Part shown: piece after piece, positions 10,629 to 18,915 of the stretch
How the letters are laid out: every line of letters begins with the position of its first letter
Position numbering within the stretch: position 1 is the stretch's first letter
Source of the DNA: an uncultured Gemmatimonadales bacterium
Lineage (GTDB): Bacteria; Gemmatimonadota; Gemmatimonadetes; Longimicrobiales; RSA9
Reading direction: 5' to 3'
Assembly (NCBI GenBank): GCA_963798085.1
Contig: CAWCRS010000007.1
Span: 1,280,001-1,344,000, forward strand
DNA: 64,000 nt
Program-made: the position numbers and the translations under genes
The notes under the pieces: generated by a model
Databases searched by the model: none
What the model was told of the DNA's origin: nothing
What the model saw: only the letters and a program-made list of their open reading frames with translations

Positions 10629-10852
10629 CTGAACGACGTATGGACGAGCGCACGCGCGCAGTGCAGGCGCTGCTGGCCCGCGAAGGCGTTGCCTGCGAGG
10701 GCGTGTCGGTGGCGGGCGCGAGCGGGGAAGTGGCCGTGATCCGTACGCGCGCTATCGACGCCGACCGGTTGGCCGCGCTGGCCCGCGGCATCAAGGCGCT
10801 GGGCTTCCACTACGTCACCGTCGACCTCGAGCCGATCCGTCCGCTGTCATGA
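10625..10852 (+). CDS. Small hypothetical protein (75 aa) resembling the LarE C-terminal domain
   Basis: ATG 10625 overlaps the larE stop (ATGA), and its stop overlaps the next ATG. The sequence ends IKALGFHYVTVDLE, parallel to LarE LRTLGFTRVVLDVE. Confidence 0.7.
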   Translation: MTERRMDERTRAVQALLAREGVACEGVSVAGASGEVAVIRTRAIDADRLAALARGIKALGFHYVTVDLEPIRPLS

Positions 10853-12060
10853 CACAAACCGACAAACTGACGTACCTGGACTGGGCGGCGACCTCCGCCA
10901 TCCGTCCGCCAGAGGTCATCCGCGCCGTAACGGATTACCTCGAGAACGTGGGTGCCACACCGGGTCGCGGCGGACACAGGCTGGCGATGGCAGCGGACCG
11001 CGTGGCGCTCGAGTGCCGGCAGGCGCTGGCCCGGCTGCTGGGTTTTCCCGGTGATTCCGGTCGCATTGCCTTCACCCTCAATGCCACACACGCAATCAAC
11101 ACCGCGCTGACCGGCACGCTGCAGGCCGGCAATGTGCTCGTGGTCACGGCCTTCGATCATAACGCGGTGTTGCGATGCGCCTGGAAGCTGGAGCAGGAGC
11201 GCGGCGTGCGGGTTCGCCTCGTTCCCGGACAACCCAATGGCCGGCTGGACGAAGTCGCACTGCAGCGTGCGCTCGAGGGGGCCCGTGTCTTCGCCATCAA
11301 TGGCGCGAACAACGTGCTGGGCACGGCGCTGGACGTGGAAGCACTGTGTCGACTGGCGAGGGAGGCGGGCGCGCTGAGCCTGGTGGATACGGCGCAGGTG
11401 GCTGGCGACCTGCCCTTCGATGCGGGACGCGCGCGCGCCGACATGGTGGCGGTGACGGGACACAAGGCGCTGCTGGGTCCGCAGGGCGTGGGTGCGTTGT
11501 GGGTCCGGGAAGGCATGGACGTGGCGCCGCTGCTGGTGGGCGGGACGGGCGGTAACTCAATGTTAAGGGAAATGCCCGGAGCCTGGCCCGATCATCTGCA
11601 GGCGGGCACGCTCAACGCGCCGGGCCTGGCCGGTCTGGCGGCCGGTGTTGGCTGGATCCTGTCGCGGTCACTGGCCACGCTGCAGCGGGACGCGGAAGCG
11701 CTGAAGCAACGCCTGCTCGATGGTCTCGGTCCAATGCAGGGCGTGCGCGTGCTGTCGCCGGCCTTGCCTGGCGGGGCGCCCATCGTGACGGTGGGACTGC
11801 AGGATCAGGATGCCGGCGCCGTGGCGGGCCGGCTGGACCGCGAATTCGGCGTGCTGGTGCGCGCGGGCCTGCATTGTGCACCGGAAACGCATTGGCTGCT
11901 GGGCACGGAGAAGACAGGCGCGTTGCGTTTCTCACTGGGCTGGGCGAGCACGATGTCCGATGTGGAGCGTGCGCTGGAAGCCATGGACGCGCTTACGGCC
12001 AGACGCGTGTTCGGAGCGGGCGGTGCGCGTGTAGCGGCAGCCGGAAGCGCGGGCGCGTGA
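10849..12060 (+). CDS. Cysteine desulfurase / aminotransferase class V family protein
   Basis: YLDWAATS, TLNATHAIN, DHNAVLR, VDTAQVAG, PLP-lysine motif TGHKALLGPQGVG, AGTLN.PG, catalytic VRAGLHCAP, LRFSLG. Confidence 0.9.
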   Translation: MTQTDKLTYLDWAATSAIRPPEVIRAVTDYLENVGATPGRGGHRLAMAADRVALECRQALARLLGFPGDSGRIAFTLNATHAINTALTGTLQAGNVLVVTAFDHNAVLRCAWKLEQERGVRVRLVPGQPNGRLDEVALQRALEGARVFAINGANNVLGTALDVEALCRLAREAGALSLVDTAQVAGDLPFDAGRARADMVAVTGHKALLGPQGVGALWVREGMDVAPLLVGGTGGNSMLREMPGAWPDHLQAGTLNAPGLAGLAAGVGWILSRSLATLQRDAEALKQRLLDGLGPMQGVRVLSPALPGGAPIVTVGLQDQDAGAVAGRLDREFGVLVRAGLHCAPETHWLLGTEKTGALRFSLGWASTMSDVERALEAMDALTARRVFGAGGARVAAAGSAGA

Positions 12061-12665
12061 GGCTCTTCGTCGCCTTGAATCTGCCCGAGGAAGAGCGGCA
12101 CAAGCTGCATCGCGCCACGGGTCTGCTGCGTGCGGCCGGGCTGCCGGTACGGTGGGTGGCGGAAGATGCGTTGCACCTGACGCTGCAGTTCCTGGGCGAT
12201 GTGCACGAGGCGCAACTGGAAGACATCAGTGAGGCACTCGAGTCGGTGAGCGAGCGTCATCAAGCGCTGACGCTCGAACTGCGCGGGATCGGCGGCTTTC
12301 CCAATCTGCGGCGGCCGCGGGTTCTGTGGGTGGGCATCGAGGCTCAACCGGAAGTGCTGGCCGTCCAGCGCGACGTGTCGGAGGCGCTGCTGGCGCTGCG
12401 CTTCACGCCGGAGTCGAGGCCCTACGCACCGCACCTGACCATCGGGCGCGTGCAGGAAGGCGCCCGCGCGGCTGCGTTTGCTGGGCTCGATGCGCTGGCA
12501 GGGCGGCTCGGTTATCACGCGAGCGTGGCGGTCCCGTCCGTGGATCTCATGCGCAGTCACTTGCAGCGCAGCGGCGCACGATACGAACGGCTGCTGGCCG
12601 CGACGCTCGGTCACCGCCAGCGCAGAGTTCGGCAATCAACCCGCAGTGAGGCAGGACATTCATGA
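12057..12665 (+). CDS. thpR: RNA 2',3'-cyclic phosphodiesterase (2H phosphoesterase)
   Basis: GTG 12057 overlaps the upstream stop. MRLFVAL.., two 2H motifs LHLTLQFLG and PHLTIGR, GGFPNLRRPRVLWVG, SHLQRSGARY. Confidence 0.9.
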   Translation: MRLFVALNLPEEERHKLHRATGLLRAAGLPVRWVAEDALHLTLQFLGDVHEAQLEDISEALESVSERHQALTLELRGIGGFPNLRRPRVLWVGIEAQPEVLAVQRDVSEALLALRFTPESRPYAPHLTIGRVQEGARAAAFAGLDALAGRLGYHASVAVPSVDLMRSHLQRSGARYERLLAATLGHRQRRVRQSTRSEAGHS

Positions 12666-13342
12666 TGCGACGCTTGTTTCTGCTCGTGATCGTGCTCGTT
12701 GCGCTGGGCGCGGCGTGGATCTTCCAGGATGATCTGATGGCGATGCGTGACCGCGTGCGCGCGCGTGTGCTGCACAGCGAGGTCGGCGGCGGGCTGGCAA
12801 CACCCGCCGCGATGCAGGTGCCGGCAATCACCGAAGCGGTGGCGGACGCGGCGCAGAAGAAGCTGGACCGCATGCAGCACGGGCAGTCGTCGCGCGCATC
12901 CTTCACGACACCGGAGCTGCAGAGTCTGCTGCAGTTCCGCTACCGCCAGCTGCTGCCTGCCTACATTGATTCGCCACGTGTGAAGCTGAGCGGCGACCAG
13001 GTCGAGCTGCGCATGCGCGTGCCGACGCAGCGGCTGCCGCAGGTGCAGGAGTTGCAGCAGCTGGCGGCGTTCCTGCCGGACACGGCGGACCTCAACGTGA
13101 CAGGCGCCGTGCTGCCATCCGATGAGGGCCACATCGCGTTCGCAGTGAACGGCGTGAGTGCGCAGCACATCCCGCTGCCCAAACGCTTCGTACCGGCGGC
13201 GCTCGAGATGCTGGGCCGCGAAGACAAGCCGGGTCTCCCCGCGGATGCCATCGTGCTGCCGCTTCCCAGGGGTGTTCGCTCCGCGTACGTTCGCGCCGAT
13301 TCACTGGTCCTGCTCGGTGGCAAGGCGCCCGCGCGCGAATGA
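12662..13342 (+). CDS. Hypothetical protein with an N-terminal membrane anchor
   Basis: 226-aa ORF with overlapping start (ATGA) and hydrophobic N-terminus LFLLVIVLVALGAAWIF; fills the gap between neighbours. Confidence 0.7.
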   Translation: MMRRLFLLVIVLVALGAAWIFQDDLMAMRDRVRARVLHSEVGGGLATPAAMQVPAITEAVADAAQKKLDRMQHGQSSRASFTTPELQSLLQFRYRQLLPAYIDSPRVKLSGDQVELRMRVPTQRLPQVQELQQLAAFLPDTADLNVTGAVLPSDEGHIAFAVNGVSAQHIPLPKRFVPAALEMLGREDKPGLPADAIVLPLPRGVRSAYVRADSLVLLGGKAPARE

Positions 13343-13352
13343 ACTGAAATCC

Positions 13353-14720
13353 ATGCCCAGAATTCTGGTCGTCGACGACGAAGAAGGCATCCGCCGAGTA
13401 CTGCGGCAGGTGCTCGAATACGAAGGTCACGAGGTCGTCATGGCCGCGGGCGGTGGTGAAGCGCTGATCGCGTTCCAGCAGGACCCACCCGACCTGACCC
13501 TGCTCGATGTGAAGATGGCCAGGATGGACGGCCTCGAGGCGCTGGGTCAGATGCGCGCCATGGATCCGGCCGCGGTCGTCATCATGATCAGCGGTCACGG
13601 CACGATCGAGACGGCGGTGGAAGCGACGCGGCGCGGCGCCTACGACTTTCTCGAGAAGCCGCTGGACACGGACCGGCTGCTCGTCTCCATCCGCAATGCG
13701 TTGAAGCACCGCGGTCTCGAACAGGAGAACGCCCGCCTGCGCGGCGAGATCGAGACGCACTACGAGATCGTGGGCAACAGTTTCGCGATCCGCGCGCTGC
13801 TGGAGCGCATCGAAAAAGTCGCGCCCACCGATGCACGTGTGCTGATCCAGGGCGAGAACGGCACGGGCAAGGAGCTGGTGGCGAGGGCGATCCACAGGCT
13901 GTCCGCGCGTTCCGAGAAGGGGCCGTTCGTCGAAGTCAATTGCGCGGCCATTCCTTCGGAACTCATCGAAAGTGAGCTGTTCGGACACCGGAAAGGCAGT
14001 TTCACGGGCGCGCACGAAGATCGCGCGGGCAAGTTCGAGCAGGCGCACAGCGGCACCCTTTTCCTCGATGAAGTCGGCGACATGAGTCTGTCGGCGCAGG
14101 CCAAGGTGCTGCGCGCGCTGCAGGATGGCTCCATCACGCGCGTGGGTGGAGAGAAGTCCGTGAAGGTGGACGTGCGCGTGATTGCCGCGACCAACAAGAA
14201 TCTCGAGGCCGAGATCGGGCACGCACGCTTCCGCGAGGACCTGTACTTCCGGCTGAACGTCGTGCCCATCATGGTGCCGCCGCTGCGCGAGCGGCGCGAA
14301 GACATACCCATGCTGGTGCGCCATTTCGTCCGGCTCGCGGCGGAAGAGCAGAAGCTGCCGCAGCGCGAGCTGACGGGTGACGCCATCGACCGGCTCGTGC
14401 GCCTGGAATGGCCGGGCAACGTGCGCGAGCTGCGCAACACCGTGGAGCGCCTGCTCATCCTGGGGCGAGGCGAGCGTATCGATGCGAGCGATGTGGGCCG
14501 GCTCGTGGGCGGCGCGCCCAGCGCGGGTGCCGTGCCGGCCGACATTCTGAGCGCGGACACGTTCGCCGTGTTCAAGGAGCACGCCGAGCGCGCGTACATC
14601 CTGACGAAGCTGCGTGAGCACGACTGGAACGTGAGCGAGACGGCGCGCGCCATCGAGATGCCGCGCTCGAACCTCTACAAGAAGATCGAGAAGTACAACC
14701 TCATCCGCGAAGAGGCGTAG
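13353..14720 (+). CDS. Sigma-54-type response regulator (REC-AAA+-HTH), NtrX/AtoC-like
   Basis: MPRILVVDDE..LLDVKM..SGHGTIETAVEA..DFLEKP; Walker A GENGTGKE; ESELFGHRKGSFTGA; LFLDEVGD; WPGNVRELRN; HTH WNVSETARAIEMPRSNLYKK. Confidence 0.93.
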   Translation: MPRILVVDDEEGIRRVLRQVLEYEGHEVVMAAGGGEALIAFQQDPPDLTLLDVKMARMDGLEALGQMRAMDPAAVVIMISGHGTIETAVEATRRGAYDFLEKPLDTDRLLVSIRNALKHRGLEQENARLRGEIETHYEIVGNSFAIRALLERIEKVAPTDARVLIQGENGTGKELVARAIHRLSARSEKGPFVEVNCAAIPSELIESELFGHRKGSFTGAHEDRAGKFEQAHSGTLFLDEVGDMSLSAQAKVLRALQDGSITRVGGEKSVKVDVRVIAATNKNLEAEIGHARFREDLYFRLNVVPIMVPPLRERREDIPMLVRHFVRLAAEEQKLPQRELTGDAIDRLVRLEWPGNVRELRNTVERLLILGRGERIDASDVGRLVGGAPSAGAVPADILSADTFAVFKEHAERAYILTKLREHDWNVSETARAIEMPRSNLYKKIEKYNLIREEA

Positions 14721-14737
14721 CGCGTGAAGCACAGGTC

Positions 14738-16231
14738 ATGACACGGAACTGGCACAACCTGATCGGGGGCCAGTGGGTCCCGCCTGCAGGCGGCGAGTAT
14801 TTCGAGAACCGCAATCCTGCGGATGATCGCGACCTCATCGGCCTGTGGCCTCGCAGCACCTCGCCCGACGCAGACCTCGCCGTGGCGTCTGCGAGACGTG
14901 GCTTCGACATTTGGAAGCGCACACCGCCGCCGCTGCGCGGCGATGTGCTGCGCCGCACGGGAGACCTGCTGGCCGCACGCAAGGAAGAAATCGCGCTCGC
15001 GATGACGCGCGAGATGGGGAAAGTGCCGGCCGAGACGCGCGGCGATGTGCAGGAAGGTATCGACACGGCGTACTACGCGGCTTCGGAGACGCGGCGTCTG
15101 TTCGGCCACACGGTGCCCAGCGAGCTGCGCGAGAAGTGGGCCATGAGCTGGCGCCGGCCCATCGGCGTGTGCGGCCTGATCACGCCGTTCAACTTCCCGA
15201 TGGCCATTCCCACATGGAAGATGTTCCCGGCACTGGCCTGCGGGAACGCAGTGATTCTGAAACCGGCGGAAGATGTGCCGCACACGGCGACGCTGCTGGT
15301 CGAGATCCTGCTCGAGGCAGGGCTGCCGCCGGAAGTCATCCAGCTCGTACACGGTCGCGGTGAAGAGGTCGGGGAGGCCATCGTCGCACACCCCGGTATT
15401 CCAGTCATCTCGTTCACCGGCTCCACGGCGACGGGTGCGCACATTGGCGAGACCTGCGGGCGCATGCACAAGCGCCTGTCACTGGAAATGGGCGGCAAGA
15501 ACGCGCAGATCGTCATGGCCGATGCGGATCTCGACCTGGCACTCGACGGCGTGCTCTGGGGCGCGTTCGGCACGACCGGCCAGCGCTGCACCGCCACGAG
15601 CCGGCTGCTGCTGCAGGACGCCATTCACGACGAATTCCTGGAACAGCTGGTCGCGCGCGCTGGCTCGCTGCGTCTGGGCAATGGACTGGATCAGGGCACC
15701 GATGTGGGACCGCTCATCAATCAGGACGCGCTGGCCAGGGTCACAGCCTATATCAACGTTGCGAGGCAGGAAAGCGACGATGTGATGTGCGGTGGCCGTC
15801 GCGCCGCCGGCGCAGCGCTGGAGCACGGCTGGTTTTTCGAGCCGACCGTGCTGCGTGGTGTCCGACCCGGCAGCCGGCTGGCGTGTGAGGAAGTATTCGG
15901 ACCGGTGCTCAGCGTCTTGCGATTTGCAACGCTGGACGAGGCTGTGCGCATCAACAACGAGGTGGAGTACGGACTGTCCAGTTCGATCTACACGCGGGAC
16001 GTGCGGGCGGCGTTCGTCGCCTTCCAGGAGCTGGACAACGGCATCACATACGTGAATGCGCCCACGATCGGCGCGGAGGCACACCTGCCGTTCGGGGGCG
16101 TGAAGCGCACGGGCAATGGCCATCGCGAAGGCGGCTGGGAGGTCTACCACTTCTACAGCGAAACGAAGGTGGGCTACGCAGACTACTCCGGTCGACTGCA
16201 GCGAGCCCAGATTGACACGTATGAGGTTTGA
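14738..16231 (+). CDS. Aldehyde dehydrogenase family protein
   Basis: ITPFNFP, LKPAEDVP, FTGSTATG, LEMGGKNA, GQRCTA, EEVFGPV, YGLSSSIYT, PFGGVK.TGNGHREGG. Confidence 0.95.
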   Translation: MTRNWHNLIGGQWVPPAGGEYFENRNPADDRDLIGLWPRSTSPDADLAVASARRGFDIWKRTPPPLRGDVLRRTGDLLAARKEEIALAMTREMGKVPAETRGDVQEGIDTAYYAASETRRLFGHTVPSELREKWAMSWRRPIGVCGLITPFNFPMAIPTWKMFPALACGNAVILKPAEDVPHTATLLVEILLEAGLPPEVIQLVHGRGEEVGEAIVAHPGIPVISFTGSTATGAHIGETCGRMHKRLSLEMGGKNAQIVMADADLDLALDGVLWGAFGTTGQRCTATSRLLLQDAIHDEFLEQLVARAGSLRLGNGLDQGTDVGPLINQDALARVTAYINVARQESDDVMCGGRRAAGAALEHGWFFEPTVLRGVRPGSRLACEEVFGPVLSVLRFATLDEAVRINNEVEYGLSSSIYTRDVRAAFVAFQELDNGITYVNAPTIGAEAHLPFGGVKRTGNGHREGGWEVYHFYSETKVGYADYSGRLQRAQIDTYEV

Positions 16232-16607
16232 ACGCGGGCACTGGCGCGCTGCGTGTGCCTTCGCTAGCATGGGCGGTCCCTGTGGAACGCGACGCGAGCC
16301 AACGACCTGTTTCAGTTCCCGCTGAATCGCACGTTCCTGATGGAGGCCTTCAGGATTCCTTCCAGCAGCATGGGAACACACTGTTCAACGGCGAGTTCGC
16401 TCTGACCGACAAGGCAAGCCATGGCGGCGTGTGCCATGCACACGCCTGCACACGGCGCCGCGGGCACGGGCACACTGCAACATTGTCTGCGCTTCGCCGG
16501 CGCACGCGCGATCGTGTTGATGATGCTGCAGGCAACGGGTGGGGCTGCGAGTGAAATGCTGATCCATCGTGAACTGGCAGGTTGACGTCGTGTCACCGGA
16601 GCGTCGT

Positions 16608-17471
16608 ATGCGATTCACGACGAGAGAGAAGGGCTCGTTCGAAGAGAGCTCTCTCGATCAGTACCTGAAGGAGATCAGCGCCTATCCGCTGCTTTCCCGC
16701 GAACAGGAAATCGAACTCGCCGGCAGCATCAGAAACGGCGATGAGGGTTCGCTCGACAAGCTGGTGCGGTCCAACCTGCGGTTCGTCGTGTCGGTCGCAA
16801 AGAAGTACCAGAACCAGGGCGTGGCGCTGGGCGATCTGATCAACGAAGGCAACCTCGGCCTCATCCGCGCCGCGCACAAGTTCGACGAGACGAAGGGCAT
16901 CAAGTTCATTTCGTACGCGGTGTGGTGGATCCGGCAGGCCATCCTCCAGGCACTGGCGGAACAGAGCCGCATCGTGCGCGTGCCACTCAACCGCGCAGGC
17001 GCGCTGCACCGCATTGGCAAGCGCTGATCCACACTGCTCCAGGAGCTGGGCCGCGAGCCCACCATTGAAGAGATCGCGGACGAGCTGGAGCTGTCACACG
17101 AGGAAGTGCAGCGCACGCTCGCCATCTCCGCAGTCACACCTTTCGCTCGATGCACCGCTCTCGCCAGGCGAGGATAACCGGCTGCTCGATTATCTGGCGG
17201 ACCAGGTTTCCGCGGGCCCCGATGACGAGACCTACGACCGGGCGCTCTCCAACACCATCCAGGAAGCGCTTGCCACGCTCAAGGAGCGGGAAGCGAAGGT
17301 GCTCCGGCTGTACTACGGCCTGAAGAGGGCAAGGACGCGATGACGCTCGAGGAGATCGGGGCGCTGCTGGGCATCACACGCGAGCGGGTGCGTCAGATCA
17401 AGGAGAAGGCTCTGGTGCGGCTGCGTCACGCGTCGCGCGCGCGGTTTCTGGAGAGCTTCGTCGGGCAGTAG
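16608..17471 (+). CDS. RNA polymerase sigma factor, RpoD/SigA family lacking region 1.1 (in-frame TGA at 17025 plus two indels; probably sequence errors)
   Basis: [61 protein letters not shown]. After the TGA: ELGREPT.EEIA, then HLSLDAPL, and region 4 [27 protein letters not shown], ending at TAG 17469-17471. Confidence 0.88.
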
Positions 17472-17479
17472 GAGTCGGG

Positions 17480-17720
17480 CCGGACCGTCTTGGCGTTCTT
17501 GGGTTATGGCCCTTCCAGCCATTGGAAACTGACGGACTGCCGAGCAGCAACGTCCTCCTGCCGCTATAGGCCTCCCATTCTACATGCCCAATCGGGGCAG
17601 AACGATGGCCATCTCGGCCAACCGGAAGCGAGGATCGCGGCTCCTGGTGCGCACTTGCTGCTCGGTTGTGCCCCATGGATAGCCCTTACGGGCAAACCCA
17701 AGAACGCCAAGACGGTCCGG
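17480..17720. repeat. 241-bp element with perfect 26-bp terminal inverted repeats (MITE-like or rod-shaped RNA)
   Basis: 17480-17505 CCGGACCGTCTTGGCGTTCTTGGGTT is the exact reverse complement of 17695-17720. Inner 11-bp inverted repeat: CCGAGCAGCAA (17540-17550) / TTGCTGCTCGG (17655-17665). Confidence 0.75.
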
Positions 17721-17749
17721 AGGGTCCCCACCCGCCCGGCCTGCCCGGA

Positions 17750-17778
17750 TTGACAGAGGCCCGCGCGAGCCCTACTCT
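17750..17778 (+). promoter_or_regulatory. Sigma70-type promoter of the rplM operon
   Basis: TTGACA (17750-17755), 17 bp, TACTCT (17773-17778), ~40 bp upstream of rplM. Confidence 0.7.
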
Positions 17779-17819
17779 TAACAGCTATTCCGCTTGGGAA
17801 CGGCGTAATCGGAAGGCGT

Positions 17820-18251
17820 ATGAAGACCTACACACCCAAGGCCGGTGAAGTGCAGCGCCGCTGGTGGATCGTGGATGCGGACGGGGTGATCCTCGGTCGG
17901 CTGGCCACGCGTGTGGCCAGCGTGCTGCGCGGCAAGCACCGTCCGGAGTTCACGCCTCACCTCGATACCGGCGACTTCGTGGTCGTGGTGAACGCGGACA
18001 AGGTGCGGCTGACAGGACGGAAGGCGACGGACAAGAAGTACTTCCGCCATAGCGGGTACATGGGTGGCGAGAGCTTCACACCCATCACGCTGATGCAGGA
18101 GAAGCACCCCGAGCGCGTGATCGAGCTGGCGGTGAAGGGGATGCTGCCCAAGAACAACCTGGGCCGGTTGATGCGGAAGAAGCTGAAGGTGTACGCGGGG
18201 CCGGAGCATCCGCACACGGCACAGCAGCCGCAGTCGCTGGAAATCGCCTGA
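17820..18251 (+). CDS. rplM: 50S ribosomal protein L13
   Basis: [77 protein letters not shown]. Confidence 0.98.
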   Translation: MKTYTPKAGEVQRRWWIVDADGVILGRLATRVASVLRGKHRPEFTPHLDTGDFVVVVNADKVRLTGRKATDKKYFRHSGYMGGESFTPITLMQEKHPERVIELAVKGMLPKNNLGRLMRKKLKVYAGPEHPHTAQQPQSLEIA

Positions 18252-18375
18252 TCGAATCGTATCGCCACCGCAATGGCGGTCCGCGGCAGATGGAAGATCG
18301 CGGGCTGGAGCCGGCGGTGTCGGCGCAGCAGGTCTCGTTCGATCCGGGCAACCCCGCAACCTGTTCTGAGATGCC

Positions 18376-18771
18376 ATGGAGATGTCGACACAGTATCACG
18401 GCGTAGGCCGGCGCAAGACGAGCGTGGCCAGGATCTGGCTGGTTCCGGGCTCGGGCGGTTGGCAGGTGAACGGGAAGACAGTGCAGGATTACTTCCCCCG
18501 CCACTCATTGCAACAGCACGCGCAGGAGCCGCTGGCAGCGGCGGACCTGCAGGGACGCTTCGATGTGCGCGCCAACGTTTCGGGCGGCGGACAGACCGGT
18601 CAGGCGGGCGCGATCCGGCTGGCACTGTCGCGCGCGCTCCTGAACTACGACGGGGAACTGCGCAGCAAGCTGCGGGAGAAGGGTCTGCTCACGCGCGACC
18701 CGCGCGAGGTGGAACGCAAGAAGCCGGGTCGCCCGGGTGCACGCAAGCGCTTCCAGTTCTCGAAGCGCTGA
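18376..18771 (+). CDS. rpsI: 30S ribosomal protein S9
   Basis: GVGRRKTSVAR..V.GGG.TGQAGAIRLA..LLTRDPREVERKKPGRPGARKRFQFSKR. Confidence 0.98.
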   Translation: MEMSTQYHGVGRRKTSVARIWLVPGSGGWQVNGKTVQDYFPRHSLQQHAQEPLAAADLQGRFDVRANVSGGGQTGQAGAIRLALSRALLNYDGELRSKLREKGLLTRDPREVERKKPGRPGARKRFQFSKR

Positions 18772-18819
18772 GTCGACGCGCGGGCAAGGCTCGCGCGGCT
18801 GTGTTGTGATACAGGAAAA

Positions 18820-18900
18820 AACTGCACGCCGCTGGACGGGCCGGTGGGGTCCCGCAATGGGTAACCGGCACGGTTGAAAGCGGCGGAAGATGAACCCCTG
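18820..18900 (+). promoter_or_regulatory. rpsB 5' leader RNA (S2 autoregulatory, t44-like)
   Basis: Directly upstream of rpsB. Basal stem CGCCGCT/AGCGGCG, and GGGGT (18846-18850) complementary to ACCCC (18894-18898), as in known rpsB leaders. Confidence 0.65.
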
Positions 18901-18915
18901 AGGAGATCGCGAATC

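Noticed and set aside
16232..16607. Sigma54 promoter or small ORF (16228..16554) upstream of the sigma-factor gene
   Set aside because: The GGCAC-containing segments lack correct -24/-12 spacing, and the ORF has no motif or clear RBS.
17025..17027. In-frame TGA in the sigma factor as possible selenocysteine or programmed read-through
   Set aside because: The position is not a Cys site in sigma70 proteins, and two indels follow within 320 bp. A sequencing error (e.g. TCA to TGA) is more parsimonious.
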